A stretch of 64,000 nt of DNA from Callorhinchus milii (GCF_018977255.1 NW_024704752.1:15500001-15564000); one strand, 5' to 3'; counted from the stretch's first letter, positions 41,116 to 55,242 are shown. The notes: a model not told the origin generated them from the letters alone. Made by a program: numbers and translations.

Positions 41116-41255
41116 ATAACAATAATCCTTGCATTTGATATAGCGCCTCATTACGTTTTCGAGACATCTCAAAGCGCTTCACAGAATATATTGTAAAGTG
41201 AATTGACTACATTTTGTGGGCGAAACTCGGCAATCCTTGTGGGCGAAACACAGCA
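41116..41255 (-). mobile_element. SINE 3' fragment
   Basis: Same tail; ttgtgggcgaaac is duplicated at the truncation point. Confidence 0.9.
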
Positions 41256-41575
41256 AAACTTGTATGCAATCCTTAACCAAGTTGAGTTCTTAGAAATCTA
41301 TGCAATTTTTTGAAATGACTCAATTGGAATTAAACATATATATTTACCAATGTTTACCTATATTAGTGGAAGTAAAATATCGTGACCAGTGCCTTAAAGT
41401 TTGTGATTGATGGCTAACATAAATAAGTGCTTCTGCTAAATGTGTAAAATGTGTGCTACATTGCTGCAGAAGCACTTAAATAAATATGTGCATCCTGGAT
41501 TCACACAGGATCAATAAATTCCTGAAGGTAACCAGCGGTGTGACACTCCAATGCATTGGAACTCATTTCCTGTAG

Positions 41576-41872
41576 ATAATAATAATAATAATTATCCTTG
41601 CATTTGATAGAGCGCTTTTCACGTTGGGAGGACGTCCCAAAGCGCTTCACGGAACACACTGTAAAGTGAATTGACTGTATATTTGTGGGCGAACGCGGCA
41701 GCCAATTGCGCACAGCAATGTCCCACAAACAGTCGTAGATTGAAAATGACCAATTTATTATTGTTTTGTTTTGGAGGGAACCTTGCCCAAGGTTTCGCCC
41801 TCTGCCTGGAATTGAACTCAGGTCTCTCGCTTGCAAAGCGAGTGCTCTAACCACTGAACTACACGACTCCAC
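41576..41872 (-). mobile_element. tRNA-derived SINE with internal deletion
   Basis: Head (gtggagtcgtgtagttcagtggttagagcactcgctttgcaagcgagagacc) and tail present; the central ctgtttacctagcagtaagtagg segment is missing. Confidence 0.9.
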
Positions 41873-42379
41873 GTGATGCACATCCTTTTACCAGCGGGAT
41901 TCAGGATTTGCAGATCTAGGTTCCATATACTGGTTTGCGTTCATAAACCTTCTTTTTCATTGGCTTCTCAGTGGGGCTGAAAGGGTTTGATTATAGTTCA
42001 TGTGCTCAATCCCAACCACCTGTCTATTTTCACAACTGCACCTACTCCAGCTTCAGCATGATCCTGCCAATAAGTGTGCCAATGGCAAGTCATGTTTTTT
42101 AAACAATGAAGGGAAAATCTGAAGTGTAAAATTGTAAGTTATAGTATTTAAATGTAGAATTTGAAATAGAAGCAGCATGACTTCAGAGTTAAGAATGATC
42201 AAAGTGTGGTTTGTATTCATTGAGCAAGCAATATGAAAGAACTTATACCTGAAATTTGAGTATCTCCTCTTACAGTAAATTTATTAATTCTTTTATGGTG
42301 GATATTAAGACTTCTTGCAAAGTGATTTGCATGATGAAAAATAACATTTTTAAAATTATATTGAAATCCTTCAAGATAT

Positions 42380-42900
42380 CAAAATGTGACAACGTATCCA
42401 GACCAAGAAAAACACTTCATGATATGAGTTGGTTACAATATGAATTGGTACAAATTGGTTTCTGGAATAGAATTACACCCACGATTGTATAAAGATCTGG
42501 CAAATCTGAATCCTGTATCATGTCAGTAGAAGATCATTACAATGACCCAACAGTGACAAAAATACCACTCATTATGGGTCAGATCTAGAACTTAATGTCC
42601 GACATGTCAAACATTGTTCTCACATTCCCGGCCAACAGTCTTACTTTGTAATACGGCTTTGGAACATAATTAACAAAATATTTTTGAAAATGTTTCCAAA
42701 TATTTTTCCAGATTTTTGCAATTCATTGCTGTTCTGTTATGTTACCTGGCTCAGTAACTCACTGAAATAATCATACAAGGTATTTATTGTGATCAGATCC
42801 AAAGTGCTGATATTTGGATTGATCTCCAACTAAACTGACCTTACAAATCTACAATGAATCCTGGAAAAATGCTTGAGTGATTCTAAAAAATGTCATTTAA
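42380..42900 (+). mobile_element. Possible L1/Tx1 ORF2 C-terminal relic
   Basis: LQYELVQIGFWNRITP, PRLYK, CPTCQTLFSH and RLWNIINKIF in shifting frames resemble the L1 zinc-knuckle region. Confidence 0.4.
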
Positions 42901-45741
42901 AAAAAATTACAAACTGTGAACAAAGACAAAATTTCAAAGTCAGTCAAGGTCAACTCAAGCATTTTTCATTATGTTGAGGAACATTAAGTGACAGAAATTT
43001 GTGCCGGGTACATTCCATTCAAGCAAGAACACGATGCCTAATGCTAAAACAGTACAATGGCAGCCGGGAGACACACATCTTCATCCCAGAATACTGCAAC
43101 AGTAATGCATGGAATTGTCATGGAATTACAAACGTTATCCAGCCATGTAATGTAGCAAATGTTGCATTAGGGCTAAGAGATTCAATTGCCGAGCCTATTT
43201 TGACAATCTTCAAGTAAACTGCTTTGCATAAACATTAATCTATTGGACATATCCTCTTATTTTAGCAATGTACAATTGACACAGAATCTGCTCTGGAGTA
43301 AGAAAAGATTTCCATTTTAATATGTTCAGGACTAGACGGACATTTGTTGTAGCCAGAATTTTAGTAACTGCATGAAGTCTGGATATAATTACAAACCATT
43401 CTCTCATTTGACACTGCATAAGTGAAGGTTATAGAGAGACTCCTCAGCAGGAAGTTGGAGAAAGCTTCATCTATCCCATGAGTGAAGAACTCTGCATAGC
43501 TCACACAATCACAAGTAAATTAAGAAGTCTTCCTCATAAGTGGAGTAAGCATTTACCACATTTCCCTGTTATTGTGCCAGATTCATCATGAGTTTAGTAT
43601 TAAATTACAGATTTAAATATATGGTTAATTAGGTCTCAATTTTCTTTCTTCAATGCAATGTGGAAACTTTCCAAGCCACATTGTGGGAAATATTTTTACA
43701 ATTAGCACAGATGAATAAGAGTACCATAAGCATGATTTTCCACAGCAGGCTCTGATTTCTAACAGGAATTCTTAACAAGGAATCTGAGTGGGGACTCCTT
43801 ACAGGAGGAAGTATTTCATACACTACACGTCAAAAATGCTGGAAGTCTACTCCAAAATAGATCCCAATACAACAAATCCCAAATCAATGTAATGTATTTG
43901 TGCTTTCATTCTTAAAAAATCCCGCAGAAATAGCTACATGTTAGACCCCAGCATTTATTTTTCAGAAATGTTCTAACCATGAATTGTCTAGCTCTGTAAA
44001 CTATCACACTGCAAATCCTACAGACAAACACCAAGAATTCACTTGTTTTTGCTGCAGCATAAAGGTTGGGCATTAATAGTTGATGCAAAATAAACCACTA
44101 AGTGATGACAACTGCTTAACTGAAGAACAGATGTGACATATCTAAATTATTCCAGTTGCAATGACAATAGCTTATTTGTGGAGCCCATTGGTCCCTAACA
44201 TTTATTCTATTTGTAGCTGCATTTAATATGTGAAGTCCTTTTTTTTCTTTTTAGGCCCAAATAATTGTTACTTCACTTTCATCTCTATGGATTGCTTTTT
44301 AGGAGGCTGCAGAATGGTCCACAGTGATACAGTGTTGTGGTCAATCCCAATGGTAAGTGAAGCCAAAGTGAATCTCTGCTTCCTAAAAATAACTGTATTC
44401 AGTAGGAACTCATTGAATAGCTCATTGGAAAAGTGCACATGGTATGATATTCATTCACGGTGGGGAGGGGAGAGGGGATGAAGGAGAGAGTGAGTACTTC
44501 AACTAATATCAGCATTCCTTATTTGAGAATGCTTAAAAAAAACTATTAGCTTGTGTGGTTTCCAGTGTCGTGTTTTGATTCACTGCAGGGTTTCTTTAAT
44601 AAATTCAGGTTTGATAACCAAGACATTTTGTTTGATTTTATGTCAGTATTATTTGACTTTACAGGAACACACACGTTAGTATAGGAATTTTTATTTAATC
44701 CCTAATCTATATCCAGGCTAGCTATTTCATTGTGTAGTCCATGAAATGTGTCTTTTCAGAACCACAACATGCCTTTCAATACAATGTTGGTTTCTATTTT
44801 AGATAATGCTGGATTACATGAGAATGTAAAGATTTACAAACAAGCTTCTCTGAAATAACTTTAGAAAAAAAGGCCAGCGGTGCAGCTTTGGATAAATATT
44901 ATTTTAATGCAGGCTGGAGGTCTTTCTATAATGTCTTTGAGAAGTTGGCTTCTGTTCAAAAACCTCAAAGAATTGAGTTTTGGCACACTGCAGCAATTAT
45001 TCACCTTCCCATTGGACATTTGAGGCGTATTGTATTTTTTTTTCAGGAACAATTAACCCCTTTCATTGCTTTTAAAAAAAATGCAATCTTAGGAATATCT
45101 ATTGTGATTGTCCTTCAACATTTTGCGAAGGAAAAGTGAGGATTGTCACTTAATCAGATTCATTTTTGGGTCCAACAGCAATGCGCTTCAGGCAATGTAT
45201 TACAATTATGTGACAGAGGACAAGTTGAAAGAAGGGTATTCAGCTTCCCATAGGTTTCCGTCGGCGATAAGAAAGATAAACACATTGCCTGCTCCACACA
45301 AATGCTCTGCAGTTTCCTGACAGCCATTTTAATGGAAGATATTTTTTTTTGCCTGAGTCTTCAGTTTTTTAGACAATGATCTGTCTGATGTGGGAAGCTG
45401 TGTGTACAAAGTGAGGAAGCCCCCTGTGCTGAGGTGTGTATCCCCTCTGTTTCCTGAAACTGTGGTTTATCTAAAAGTCAGCCCTGTGCATTCAAACAGA
45501 ATGTCTTGGACCAAATACTGGCAGAGAATGATTTTTTTTGTTTTTGCAGTCTTGAAGGAAAAGAAAGTTGTTTTGAGAGGGGTTTGAGAAGAGCGCATGG
45601 AGTCTCAGTTATCTGAGGGGCTACAATCCCACTTTGTCGCTCATCCATTGAAGGGTATGCAGTGCAATTGATTATTTTGCTATGCCCGAATCTGTAAATG
45701 GCTGAATAAAGTTATACATTCCAATGCTGAGTGTTTAGTCT

Positions 45742-45852
45742 AATAATAATCCTTGCATTTGATATAGTGCCTTATCACTTCTTCGAAACATTTCAAAGCG
45801 CTTCACAGAATATACTGTAAAGTGAATTGACTGTATATTTTGTGAGCGAAAT
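45742..45852 (-). mobile_element. SINE 3' fragment
   Basis: aataataatccttgcatttgatatagtgccttatcac...gtgaattgactgtatattttgtgagcgaaa. Confidence 0.9.
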
Positions 45853-48399
45853 GTTTGTTACCTTGATAGAGGTAACAAACTTAAAACTTTAAAACTGTAT
45901 CTGCTCCTAAGATTGAGTAAAATGTAAAGTGCTAGGGATGAAAGCAGCACATGCTTCAAATAAAGAAAAGAATGTCTCCTGAAGAACACAACTGGTTAAA
46001 TGTCTCTTTAAGAACTCAACTGGAGGATAGTAGGATATGTGCAGATTGAAATGAGCAATTCTCCACTAAACGCTGGCAAAACTGGAGGACAGTTGGCTTG
46101 ATTATTTAGTGATGGTAAATACTCAAATTATCTTTGCGGTTTCAGGGATACTTGTATGGTACCATCTCCAAGGATAAAGAGTGGGTGAGGTGAAGTCCAT
46201 GATAGATCAGTTTTCTATGCAAGGAACCAACTTGATGAACCAAATGTCCAATTCCTATTCCACGCTTTGACACAAAACTTGCCAAATGCTTCGAGAAATT
46301 CCAATGGGTTAAGGCATTATGAAAATGTAAGTTTCTTCTAATGAGGGGCCAGAATGCAAGGGTACACTGAAAGGTTGAGCAGGTTATGAATTGCAACTCA
46401 AAGACAGAGTATAAAATTGCAAAAATTATCATTAGCTCAGCAAGAATGATAAACATGTTTTGCCAATAACCAATGGCAAATATATTGGGGCAAACTATTG
46501 TGCACAAAAAACCCAGACAGTCTACATAGGTAATCAAAACAACATGCACCCTTGTTAGACCTCTATTTTGATGGAATTTATGTCCACCTGAGAACATTAA
46601 ATGGACTGTATATCCTTTTAATTTAGATCTGACACCAAAGAATCCAACACATTGGAGCTAGTCGCATTAGATTGCAAACCATTCGAATGAAGTGAAATTG
46701 AAAATAAAAAATCACCAGTAACAGACAAAATAACAGCCCAAAATGATTAAGTCAGGGAAGCAGACAATCGTAGAAGGGATACAGAGAATAGGCAACATCT
46801 GTGAAAATCAGAAAATGTTGAGAGGCCGTACAGAGAGGTACTGGCCAATCTGCCTAAAAGGACAACCTGACAGACCACAGTGGAGGTCATTCATCATAAA
46901 AACATGAGCAGATTTTGAATAAATCTGCTGCTTGAATCAGAATGAACAGCAAAATAAAATAGTTAATTTGAAAATGTTTGCTAAATACCTTTAATCATTT
47001 TAAAAATGTAATTCGAGGAAAACATAAAAACATTTTTTTTCCCTCCACATAATTATTTTAAATTTTCCAAATCTGCTACTGTATCAAAATCTGTGGATTT
47101 TACAGTGGGTTGAGTGTATTTTACATGTTGTACATAAGCAAAGTGAGAGAACAGGAGAATGCAATGGCACAGATCAAGAATAAACCTGCAATCTTTCTGT
47201 CTGTATGACCTTGTGCTGTACTGGGTTGTGGTTTTACCCAGTGGGCCATCAGGGAAGCTAAGTTTTGCATTTAATGTTATGCTTGAGTCTGGAATTCTAA
47301 ACAATGGAAATGAGTGGGAAGTAGCTTTCTACAATGGAATTCTGTGCCTGGATCACATAAGATATTTATCCACGTTTAATTGTAATTCGAGTGGTTTGGC
47401 ACTGGGGAAGCTTAGTAGTTGCATAAGAATTGTTACATCAGTTCTTCAGAGATTTGGAGCATTATTGCAAGTAAGCTTCTTCACGTAAAAATTGTGCCCA
47501 AGTAATGGCCCTTCGTAAGCGATAATGTTGTCCCAGAAAAGAGCTCAGTTTTATAATGTTTAAATAGCTGAAAGGGACTACAATTGCAAGGACACAATAA
47601 GAACAAGTTGCTTTATAGATAGAATGTGTTAGTCAAGATTATTTCTCAAAACAATTTTGGAGACCTTCAATCAAAAGTGCTATATGATAATAATGTTCTT
47701 GACTTCATGTGGCCTTTATCAATATGAACAAAGTAGACTGTGACTATCTTCAGACCAATGTTGTGGTAGCACTACAAATTAATTTATAGTGATATATCTA
47801 AATGAACTTAGACTTCAGTTTTAGCATCAAGAATGCATATTATTTTTATTAACTATGTGTTAGGTGTGAGGAACTACCTGATACCCAACTAATACAGCAC
47901 AGAGTAGGTTAGGAAGGGGTGAATACAAGGTCTGGATTTTCTCATCATAATACATGGGAGAGCACAATTCCTTTAGACAAAATAAAATGAAAGCAGTGGA
48001 CGTTGGTATCTAATCAAATATCAGAACTTCATATTTGTTAAGTTAAACACATGCAAATAAAAAACAGTGCAACATTTTGCTTATTGAGAACAAAGCTACA
48101 GCATATAGCGTGAGCTTGCACGATTGGTTCAGATATAGAAGGCCCTTCAGCCCACTTGACAGAGAAATTCATCTGCTCAGAAAGCCAATTAAAACATTAT
48201 CATAAACCATTAAACTGCCACAAGAAATGATGAGAACATAATTACAAAAGCAACTTAAATTCCGATCAAATGGTGAGTTTAGCACCTTGAACAAAGGTAA
48301 ACATATGCAACAGCAATTACATAATTGCAATTACACTGTTCGTAAAGTTGGGCTGTGTCCAAGAACCAAAAAGAAATGGACCAATTTTGAATTCCATTA

Positions 48400-48660
48400 T
48401 TCATAATAAAGGAAGGTTATAGAAGATGGAAACAGAAGGTTGTCAACCTGGAAGTTAGAAGAACAGGACAGAGCTCTGAAAGTAAGGTTCTGCAGAAAGG
48501 AAAAGTGTTGAGGCTTCGAAATATGGTCCAAGTTGGAAAAGGCAGACAGTTCCTGGACAGTATGGAAACAGATGACAGATGGTATTCCAAATCCAGGAAC
48601 CACCTGGAAGGAGGCACAGCACATGGTGAAGGACAGAATGATCTGCAATTCCACTACTGA
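48400..48660 (+). mobile_element. RTE-clade LINE 3' end fragment
   Basis: Decayed ...SWTVWKQ...TTWKEAQHMVKDRMI, typical of the RTE C-terminal W.EA...A.DR..W motif. Confidence 0.6.
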
Positions 48661-49172
48661 TCAAGTTCTGTGACTGATGAGTAGAAAGATTTAAAGGTAA
48701 GTCTAATGCTCTAGTTACATTGCAAATCTTACGTTGATGTAAGAAAATGTTTTAGCGTTGTTACACACAAGCATACGTGCAGAATAAAACACTGCTAAAT
48801 GAGGATTGATTCTGTGTTTTTCACCTGGAAGAGGTTGTTTCATGCTTCATATCAACTGCAGCATAACCACAACTGAATCAAACCGAATATTAAAACTTTA
48901 TGTTCAATGTTAAAAGCAATATGGTGGACCAACTAAATTCTTTTAAATGTTTTCGTTAATAAAGGACCAAGGGAATAGTCACCTTCTTTTTAATTTTAAC
49001 AAATATCCCTCATAGTCAGAGACCAGAAAACAGGAATTCTTGTATGTATTAGTACATTTGCTCACTCTTTTAAATATATCAGTACCAACAGTGTAACAGC
49101 AGCATCATGCACCACTATCACTAGTGGAAAATGCAAAAATGATGGTCTGCAATGTCTGTATGCAAGCATCAA

Positions 49173-49326
49173 ATTGGTCACTTGTTTAATGGCTGTTTGT
49201 GAGACATTGCTGTGAACAATTGTGCTGTTGTGTTTGCCTAGAAATACACAGACACTCCATTCCACAGTAAATCCTGTGAAGCGCTTTGAGACACCCTTCT
49301 GACATAAGACACTATACCAAATCCAA
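49173..49326 (+). mobile_element. Older SINE 3' fragment (last recognisable TE before FOXL2)
   Basis: ggctgtttgtgagacattgctgtgaacaattg...cctgtgaagcgctttgagacac. Confidence 0.8.
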
Positions 49327-50569
49327 TTGCAAAGATGCAAAATGTGCAGTTGGTAACTAAATACAATGTGAGTTTAAGTGTGAAAATGCTTATTTTTATT
49401 CCCAGGAAGATTTCAAATAAATAAAGTCTGCCTCGGAAACTTTTTATTCCTTCTACTCAGTAGAAATACTCCAAGAAGACAAGTCAGAGGCATGAATAGA
49501 TTACATCAATTGGAATATGTGAAGAGAAAACACAACATAAAGGCTGGAAAAAGATGTGAGTCCTTTTTGTTTTGTTTGTTTTCCTTTTATTTATATTAAT
49601 CTGCCAATTGCCTTATATATAATGGGTACCTCTTGTGACTAACCTGTTAGGGGAAGTGTTGTAACTAAAAATAACTACACTTCTGCAGCGTGTTCAGCTT
49701 TCCTCATTGTGGATGGGATGCAGCTAAGTTATTTCTGTGCAAACATTTAAACACATTGGAAAACATTGTAGGGGGTAATGATGGTGGATTGAAAGAGGTT
49801 CTGCGTGTTTAACAGAGAATGCAGGCGCCTGGAGAAATAAATGCTACCTAAAGGTTTATATGAGTATTTTATTATTGCTAGCAACTATCTATTTATGCCT
49901 AAAGACAGATACTGTATTTCATAATTATGCAACGAACTGGTGCATAAATGGCATATTGTTTGTGGTTTGTACTCAAAGTGGAAGATTGTGTCCTATAGAT
50001 GAACTTTTACACTTTTCAGACTACTTCCCATCTATCAACAACCAGATGTCTTCCAGTGTTGCTTCCCTTTTTTATTTGAAGAACGTTTTCTACTAATTTA
50101 AAACTGATGTGAAATTGTTTTTAAAATTCGATAGCTTATACACGCCGTTTTCACATTTCTGCCTTAACTGAAAGAGTGGGATATGTTTTTTAGCCTTTAT
50201 ATGATGTTTTCTCTTCACATATTCCAAACTGATGTAATCTATTCACGCCTCTCACTTGTCTTCTTGGACTGTTTCTAACAAGCAGAAGGAATTATTTCTA
50301 AGATTTCTAAGCCTGACTTTATTTATTTGAAATCTTCCTGGAAATAAAAATAAGCATCTTCGCACTTACACATTCAGCCCAGAAATATTCTCAGAACACG
50401 TGTGTGGAAATTGACATTCAAAACTAAAATGCTGGGGCCAGTGATCTGAACAAAATGGCATTTAATAGGACAAAAAAGTGATAAATGTGAGATTAACTGG
50501 CCTTGCATGCATGTGGTGTTAAGTGTTATAGTTCTTGTAGATAAATGTTAGCATTTAGGATTATCATAA

Positions 50570-50628
50570 ACAACAATAATTATTATTATTAATTATTATT
50601 ACTGTAATAATTATTATTATTATTATTT
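50570..50628. repeat. (ATT)n low-complexity tract
   Basis: Seen directly. Confidence 0.85.
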
Positions 50629-52240
50629 AGGATTCTGGGCATCTCTTATGCAATCGTTTCATTAGTAACCAAATTTGGACATGAAATCTTATATGATTTT
50701 TTTTCTTGAAGTTTATTGAATCTATGTGATGGTGTGTGTGTGGGGGGGGGGGGGTGGGGTGGGGGGGGGGTGGCTATATGATGAGGTAAGTGTTGTAAAT
50801 ATTACTAGTGAATTCTCTTCATTACTGGGAAAGGAGAGTGTGCCTGTGAGTGGGCTATAAAGAGGGGAACTGTTTCCTTTAGTCTCTGCCCTTGCCTTGA
50901 TTCCCCAATGTGTTGGGTTTAAAGTACCTGCTTCTCTTCTATCAAAAAGAGCAACGTAACAGCCCCAACCGCAAACCATGTTGTTTTCTCTCCTCTCCAT
51001 CGCCAACCAGGAACTGTAGTACCCTCTAATAGGTCAAGGAATTGATACTGTGCCTGTCTTTAATAATTTGATGGCTCCACTTCAGCTGCACAAACTAATC
51101 ACTCTTATTATTCAATGAATTAATAATTAATAATTACTACTATTATTATTAATCACTGTTATTCGCACGTTAATCGTCGCAGGTTATTGCAGAACCTCCT
51201 TTTTTGCGAAGGAACAAGCAATTGCGAGCTCAGGATATGGTCGATTCATTATACAAAAAATGTAAATGTTCGAATGAACATCTGACATACATTTTACTTA
51301 TGTGCGTCTTTTCCTCTACAACTAACGTTGCTGAATCAATTCTGTGAGAATTGCATCCCTTGGCTGAGACCGCTAAATAACTATCACTTTATAAATACTT
51401 TTGTTTAAAATTCATTTAGAATAGCAATGCTTTCTTCGATTGACCCGTTTATGGTTTATCAGCATTCCGCACAGCCTCTAAATCGCATAAATATATAGTT
51501 ATAACGAGGTGGTCCTATTTTATTTCAACATCAACAACGCTACTACTGTGGGCCTTATTTACAATCTAACAGCAATAGTTTGCAGCCGGAGGAGTGGTGA
51601 ATGGGATTCTATTGGAAACTATTGGTAATTGACCTTGGAACTTTGCTGCTCGCCATCCTCAATGGTCAGGACTAAAAATGCTGTAGAAATGTGATGAATT
51701 AGAATGACACAACTTTCCCTCACGGGTCGGTTCCAATAGTAATGTCCAAAATGACCCGAAATATTCATCGTGGAGATTCCATGAAGCAGTCACAATCGGA
51801 TGCGAAATTTCGAAAGAAACCCGAGCGTTTCCACCTTTACAAGATTCATTCTTTAACAGATAAACCGACGTCTTTTCCGACTATTTTAGAATTCACTAAC
51901 AAGCTCCAAAGCCAACCCGTGTCAGCGTATGTCTTCTCTATCAGGAATAATCACATATTTGCAGTGAATTGAAAGTAAGCATTATTTTTTTTTTGTCCTG
52001 TTTGCTGTGGCAGGTTTGCTGGCACCTTAACTATTGGATGCTGTTACGCTTTAAACTCAGTGTCGGGTGATCGAATGTGGGTGGAATAGTTGGGAAGGGC
52101 GCAATATAAAAGTCCATCTGGGCGTTAATACTGTAATCGTGCATGGGTGGGTGTCATGTGTGTGTAACAATGTATTAATCCGATAAGACTTTATACTAAA
52201 CCAGAACATGCAAATTGTTTAGAGAGAAATGTACAGAATT

Positions 52241-52263
52241 CACACACACACACACACACACAC
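52241..52263. repeat. (CA)n microsatellite
   Basis: Seen directly. Confidence 0.95.
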
Positions 52264-52495
52264 GTACAGTACTGTTATCATTGCAGTTAAGTTGGGAACT
52301 GTGTGTTAGATAAACTCATAACCTGCCTAAAGTTCTCCCTGAAATGACCAAGACTTGTTGCACTGTGATACCTGCTCTGAAGCATGCTCTCTTGTAGATG
52401 TGGTGTCATTGGATTGGAACATAACGTTATGGTTGGAGAAAAGGTTCACTTTCCCCCCTTTGGCTGTGCTGAAGATGCTTTTTTCCTCAAACGAC

Positions 52496-52524
52496 CTGTC
52501 TGTCTGTCTGTCTGTCTGTCTGTC
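52496..52524. repeat. (CTGT)n microsatellite
   Basis: Seen directly. Confidence 0.95.
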
Positions 52525-53138
52525 CAGCACTCGACCGCTGGATGAAAAATAGATTTGGGGTGAAGCCAAACACCGAGACAAACATTTGGGGCTAATGCAG
52601 CGACTGCTTTAGTTAATTTCACTGTGTGAGAGTGGGTTTCATTGTCGCACCGACTATTTAATGCAGAAGTCCCACTGTTTTTTGTATGGTGTTTGCTAAA
52701 TGGAGCTGAGGAGTGGACCCCACATGTATACCCTTATCGGCGTTTCACCGACAAGAACATTAATGTTAGTTTTCTGTTGTTATTGCTACAGTTGTGGTTG
52801 CACAGCCTAACGTTGAGCTGTTTATTGCTTTGCTGGTACCATGTCTAGCAGGTATCCCACTGGGGCCTAGTTAGTCTTTTTTTTTCTGGCAACACACATC
52901 CAGATATCACTTGCACTTATTTTGCGTGGAATTAACCTGCAAGACACGGTCAGATTAATGCACAGACTTGATTTGCCTCTGTCCATTGATCAGCTCAAAC
53001 CTATACAAACGACAGATTCCCTGGTTGGAGGAACCAGGCTGAGGTGGGGGCTGGAAGGTGATGTTAACACTCCCAGTCGACATCCTCGGTCGTTAGGGGG
53101 AATGTGCACGGAATTCCATTTAGCAACATAAAATAGTT

Positions 53139-53186
53139 TCAGTCAGTCAGTCAGTCAGTCAGTTAGTTAGTTAGTTAGTTAGTTAG
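53139..53186. repeat. Compound (TCAG)n(TTAG)n microsatellite
   Basis: Seen directly. Confidence 0.95.
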
Positions 53187-53882
53187 GAAAATAAACTAAC
53201 TGGACTTGAAAATAACAATTAGCAGTCGAGTAAAAAGTGAATCGTCCCTCAAACGAGTCCCAGTGCCTGTCCTACCTCTTCCTGCAGAAGTGCGCCTTGG
53301 AATAATATGCTCATAATTTTTTTTTCCTGTAAATCTATTAAACAGTTCAAGAATCCCGGGAAATAAGAGCCACGTGTAAGGAATAAGAAATTGTATTTAA
53401 CACATTACTCCCGCCTGGCTGTACCCTGAATTCTGATATAACTACATCATTTCCGTGTGTACCGGCATACCAGCCTCTTTTTTTAATCAGGAACATCCAG
53501 ATATGCAATGACCGAATTTAGCCAACTGCAAAATGCACGAACACTAATCGTTGTAAAACCGTACTTCTTTGTAAGCAATTCCTCGCTAAGAGTCTAAAGT
53601 TAAACAACCTCCAAAGTTACAATATTGCTCGTATCTGTTTGTTTGTGTGATTTATTTATGCACATTAATGAATGCAAATGTAGCTTGGCTGGTTGCTGCT
53701 GTCTACCGGTTTTCACTTGTGGTCAGTTATGTATGATTGTCTTTCTCCAAATTGGAATTTGCAGTTAATTTTCACTAACCGAAATGTTCCTTGTTGCATA
53801 TTAGCAATGCAGAAGAGGAAAAGTCTTGTTTTTGCTTGAATTCTCCGGGAAAAGTCATGATATCTACGGGGAGGATTTTAAA

Positions 53883-53908
53883 ATATATATATGTATATAT
53901 ATATATAT
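53883..53908. repeat. (TA)n microsatellite
   Basis: Seen directly. Confidence 0.9.
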
Positions 53909-54770
53909 GGTTGCAAAGGCATTATTAGTATAATTTTAAACCATTAGAACGCATTGTAAGGTTGCTATGTTCCCAGGTTTTGTTGAGTATGATATTAATA
54001 GGAGGATAGTGACAAACAGCGTTTATGCGGAATTATCACAACCATATGCAATATGTAGTGCAGATTCAAATGTAATAAGAGTGAAAACCTTTAACTATCC
54101 CATTGTTATTTGTTTAAACGGGATTTTACTTTTTGGAACATTTTTTTTAACACTCACTGCACCAGTTAACAACAGCTTTCGGCGTGTGTTTATTTTTTTT
54201 TAGTCGTTTTCCTATATAGTGTCTTTTTGAGCCAAAAGATATGTTGCAAGCGATTAAGGGATTGGATGCACACAACCCTGATATAGTGACAGGAGGAACC
54301 AGTTTAATCTAAGATCTGTTTTACATGTCAACATGTAAGCAACACGGAATCTGTAAGTACCTGTGTTTGTGTTTGCAAAAGCGGAAATACACTATAGTTT
54401 CTCGGAATATTTGGGCGTGTTTATTATATATAGGTGTTTAATTATATTGCCCGGATGGGCAACACAGTCGTTTAGGCGTTTGCACTGATTATACCATAGG
54501 ATTCCACTATGAAAGCTTAATACATGTCATTGCGTTCATTTTTCTTCTTCTTCGTTTGGTTTGGGGTTACTCTGCAATGCTATAAACCAATCACGGTTAA
54601 CAAGGCTTACTAACAGCTCTCAATTGTTTCGTGTTACTTTGCCCAAATAGTTGTGTGTTCAAAACAACCATCACTAATGCGAATTTACGCAGTTCGCTCT
54701 TGGTATTTCTAATCATCGGTGTCATAGTGGATCGTCAAGGCCAAGTCAAAGATAGGAGTACAGATATTGT

Positions 54771-54775
<5 letters not shown>

Positions 54776-54814
<39 letters not shown>
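54776..54814. repeat. (TA)n microsatellite
   Basis: Seen directly. Confidence 0.95.
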
Positions 54815-54817
<3 letters not shown>

Positions 54818-55242
54818 GTTGCTACCGTTTAGTGATCGCTTGTTGAACCTGTGAGAGTGAGAGGTAAGCCCTGGTTGGTGTAAACATTAGAGCTCGACCT
54901 ACCTTTCAAAGCATCATCAAACAATAACTTCTCTTTTATGTTTTAAAACGTTTCGAAAGGATTTTTCTTTTTTTTTTAAAAAAAAACCCCCACAAAGAAG
55001 TCGGAAGCGCTCGCATTGATCTATGCACAATTATGTACGGTCACGTACAGCAGTCCATTAAATTTTAAGTCAATTGTTTCCAAATGGGGCACTCGAAAGA
55101 AAGGGAAAATATTTGTATTTTGTGAGCGGCTTTGGTGAGCTGAGCTGATCAGTGATCCTTTCTGTAACTGCGTCGAGGAACATATCTGAGCTAACACTCT
55201 GGGAACACCTTCCAGCGCTTATCTCCGGCTGATTTTTTTCCC

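Noticed and set aside
584-49326. Dispersed repeats as a CRISPR-like or regularly spaced array
   Set aside because: Irregular spacing, both orientations and eukaryotic context show they are retroposon copies.
53161-53186. (TTAG)n as an interstitial telomeric repeat
   Set aside because: The unit is TTAG, not TTAGGG; it derives from the adjacent (TCAG)n array by one substitution.
9143-54743. Enrichment of NR5A sites (9143, 33695, 42944, 51630, 54735)
   Set aside because: About two YCAAGGYCA matches are expected by chance in 64 kb on both strands under uniform composition; five found by eye is not compelling without conservation.
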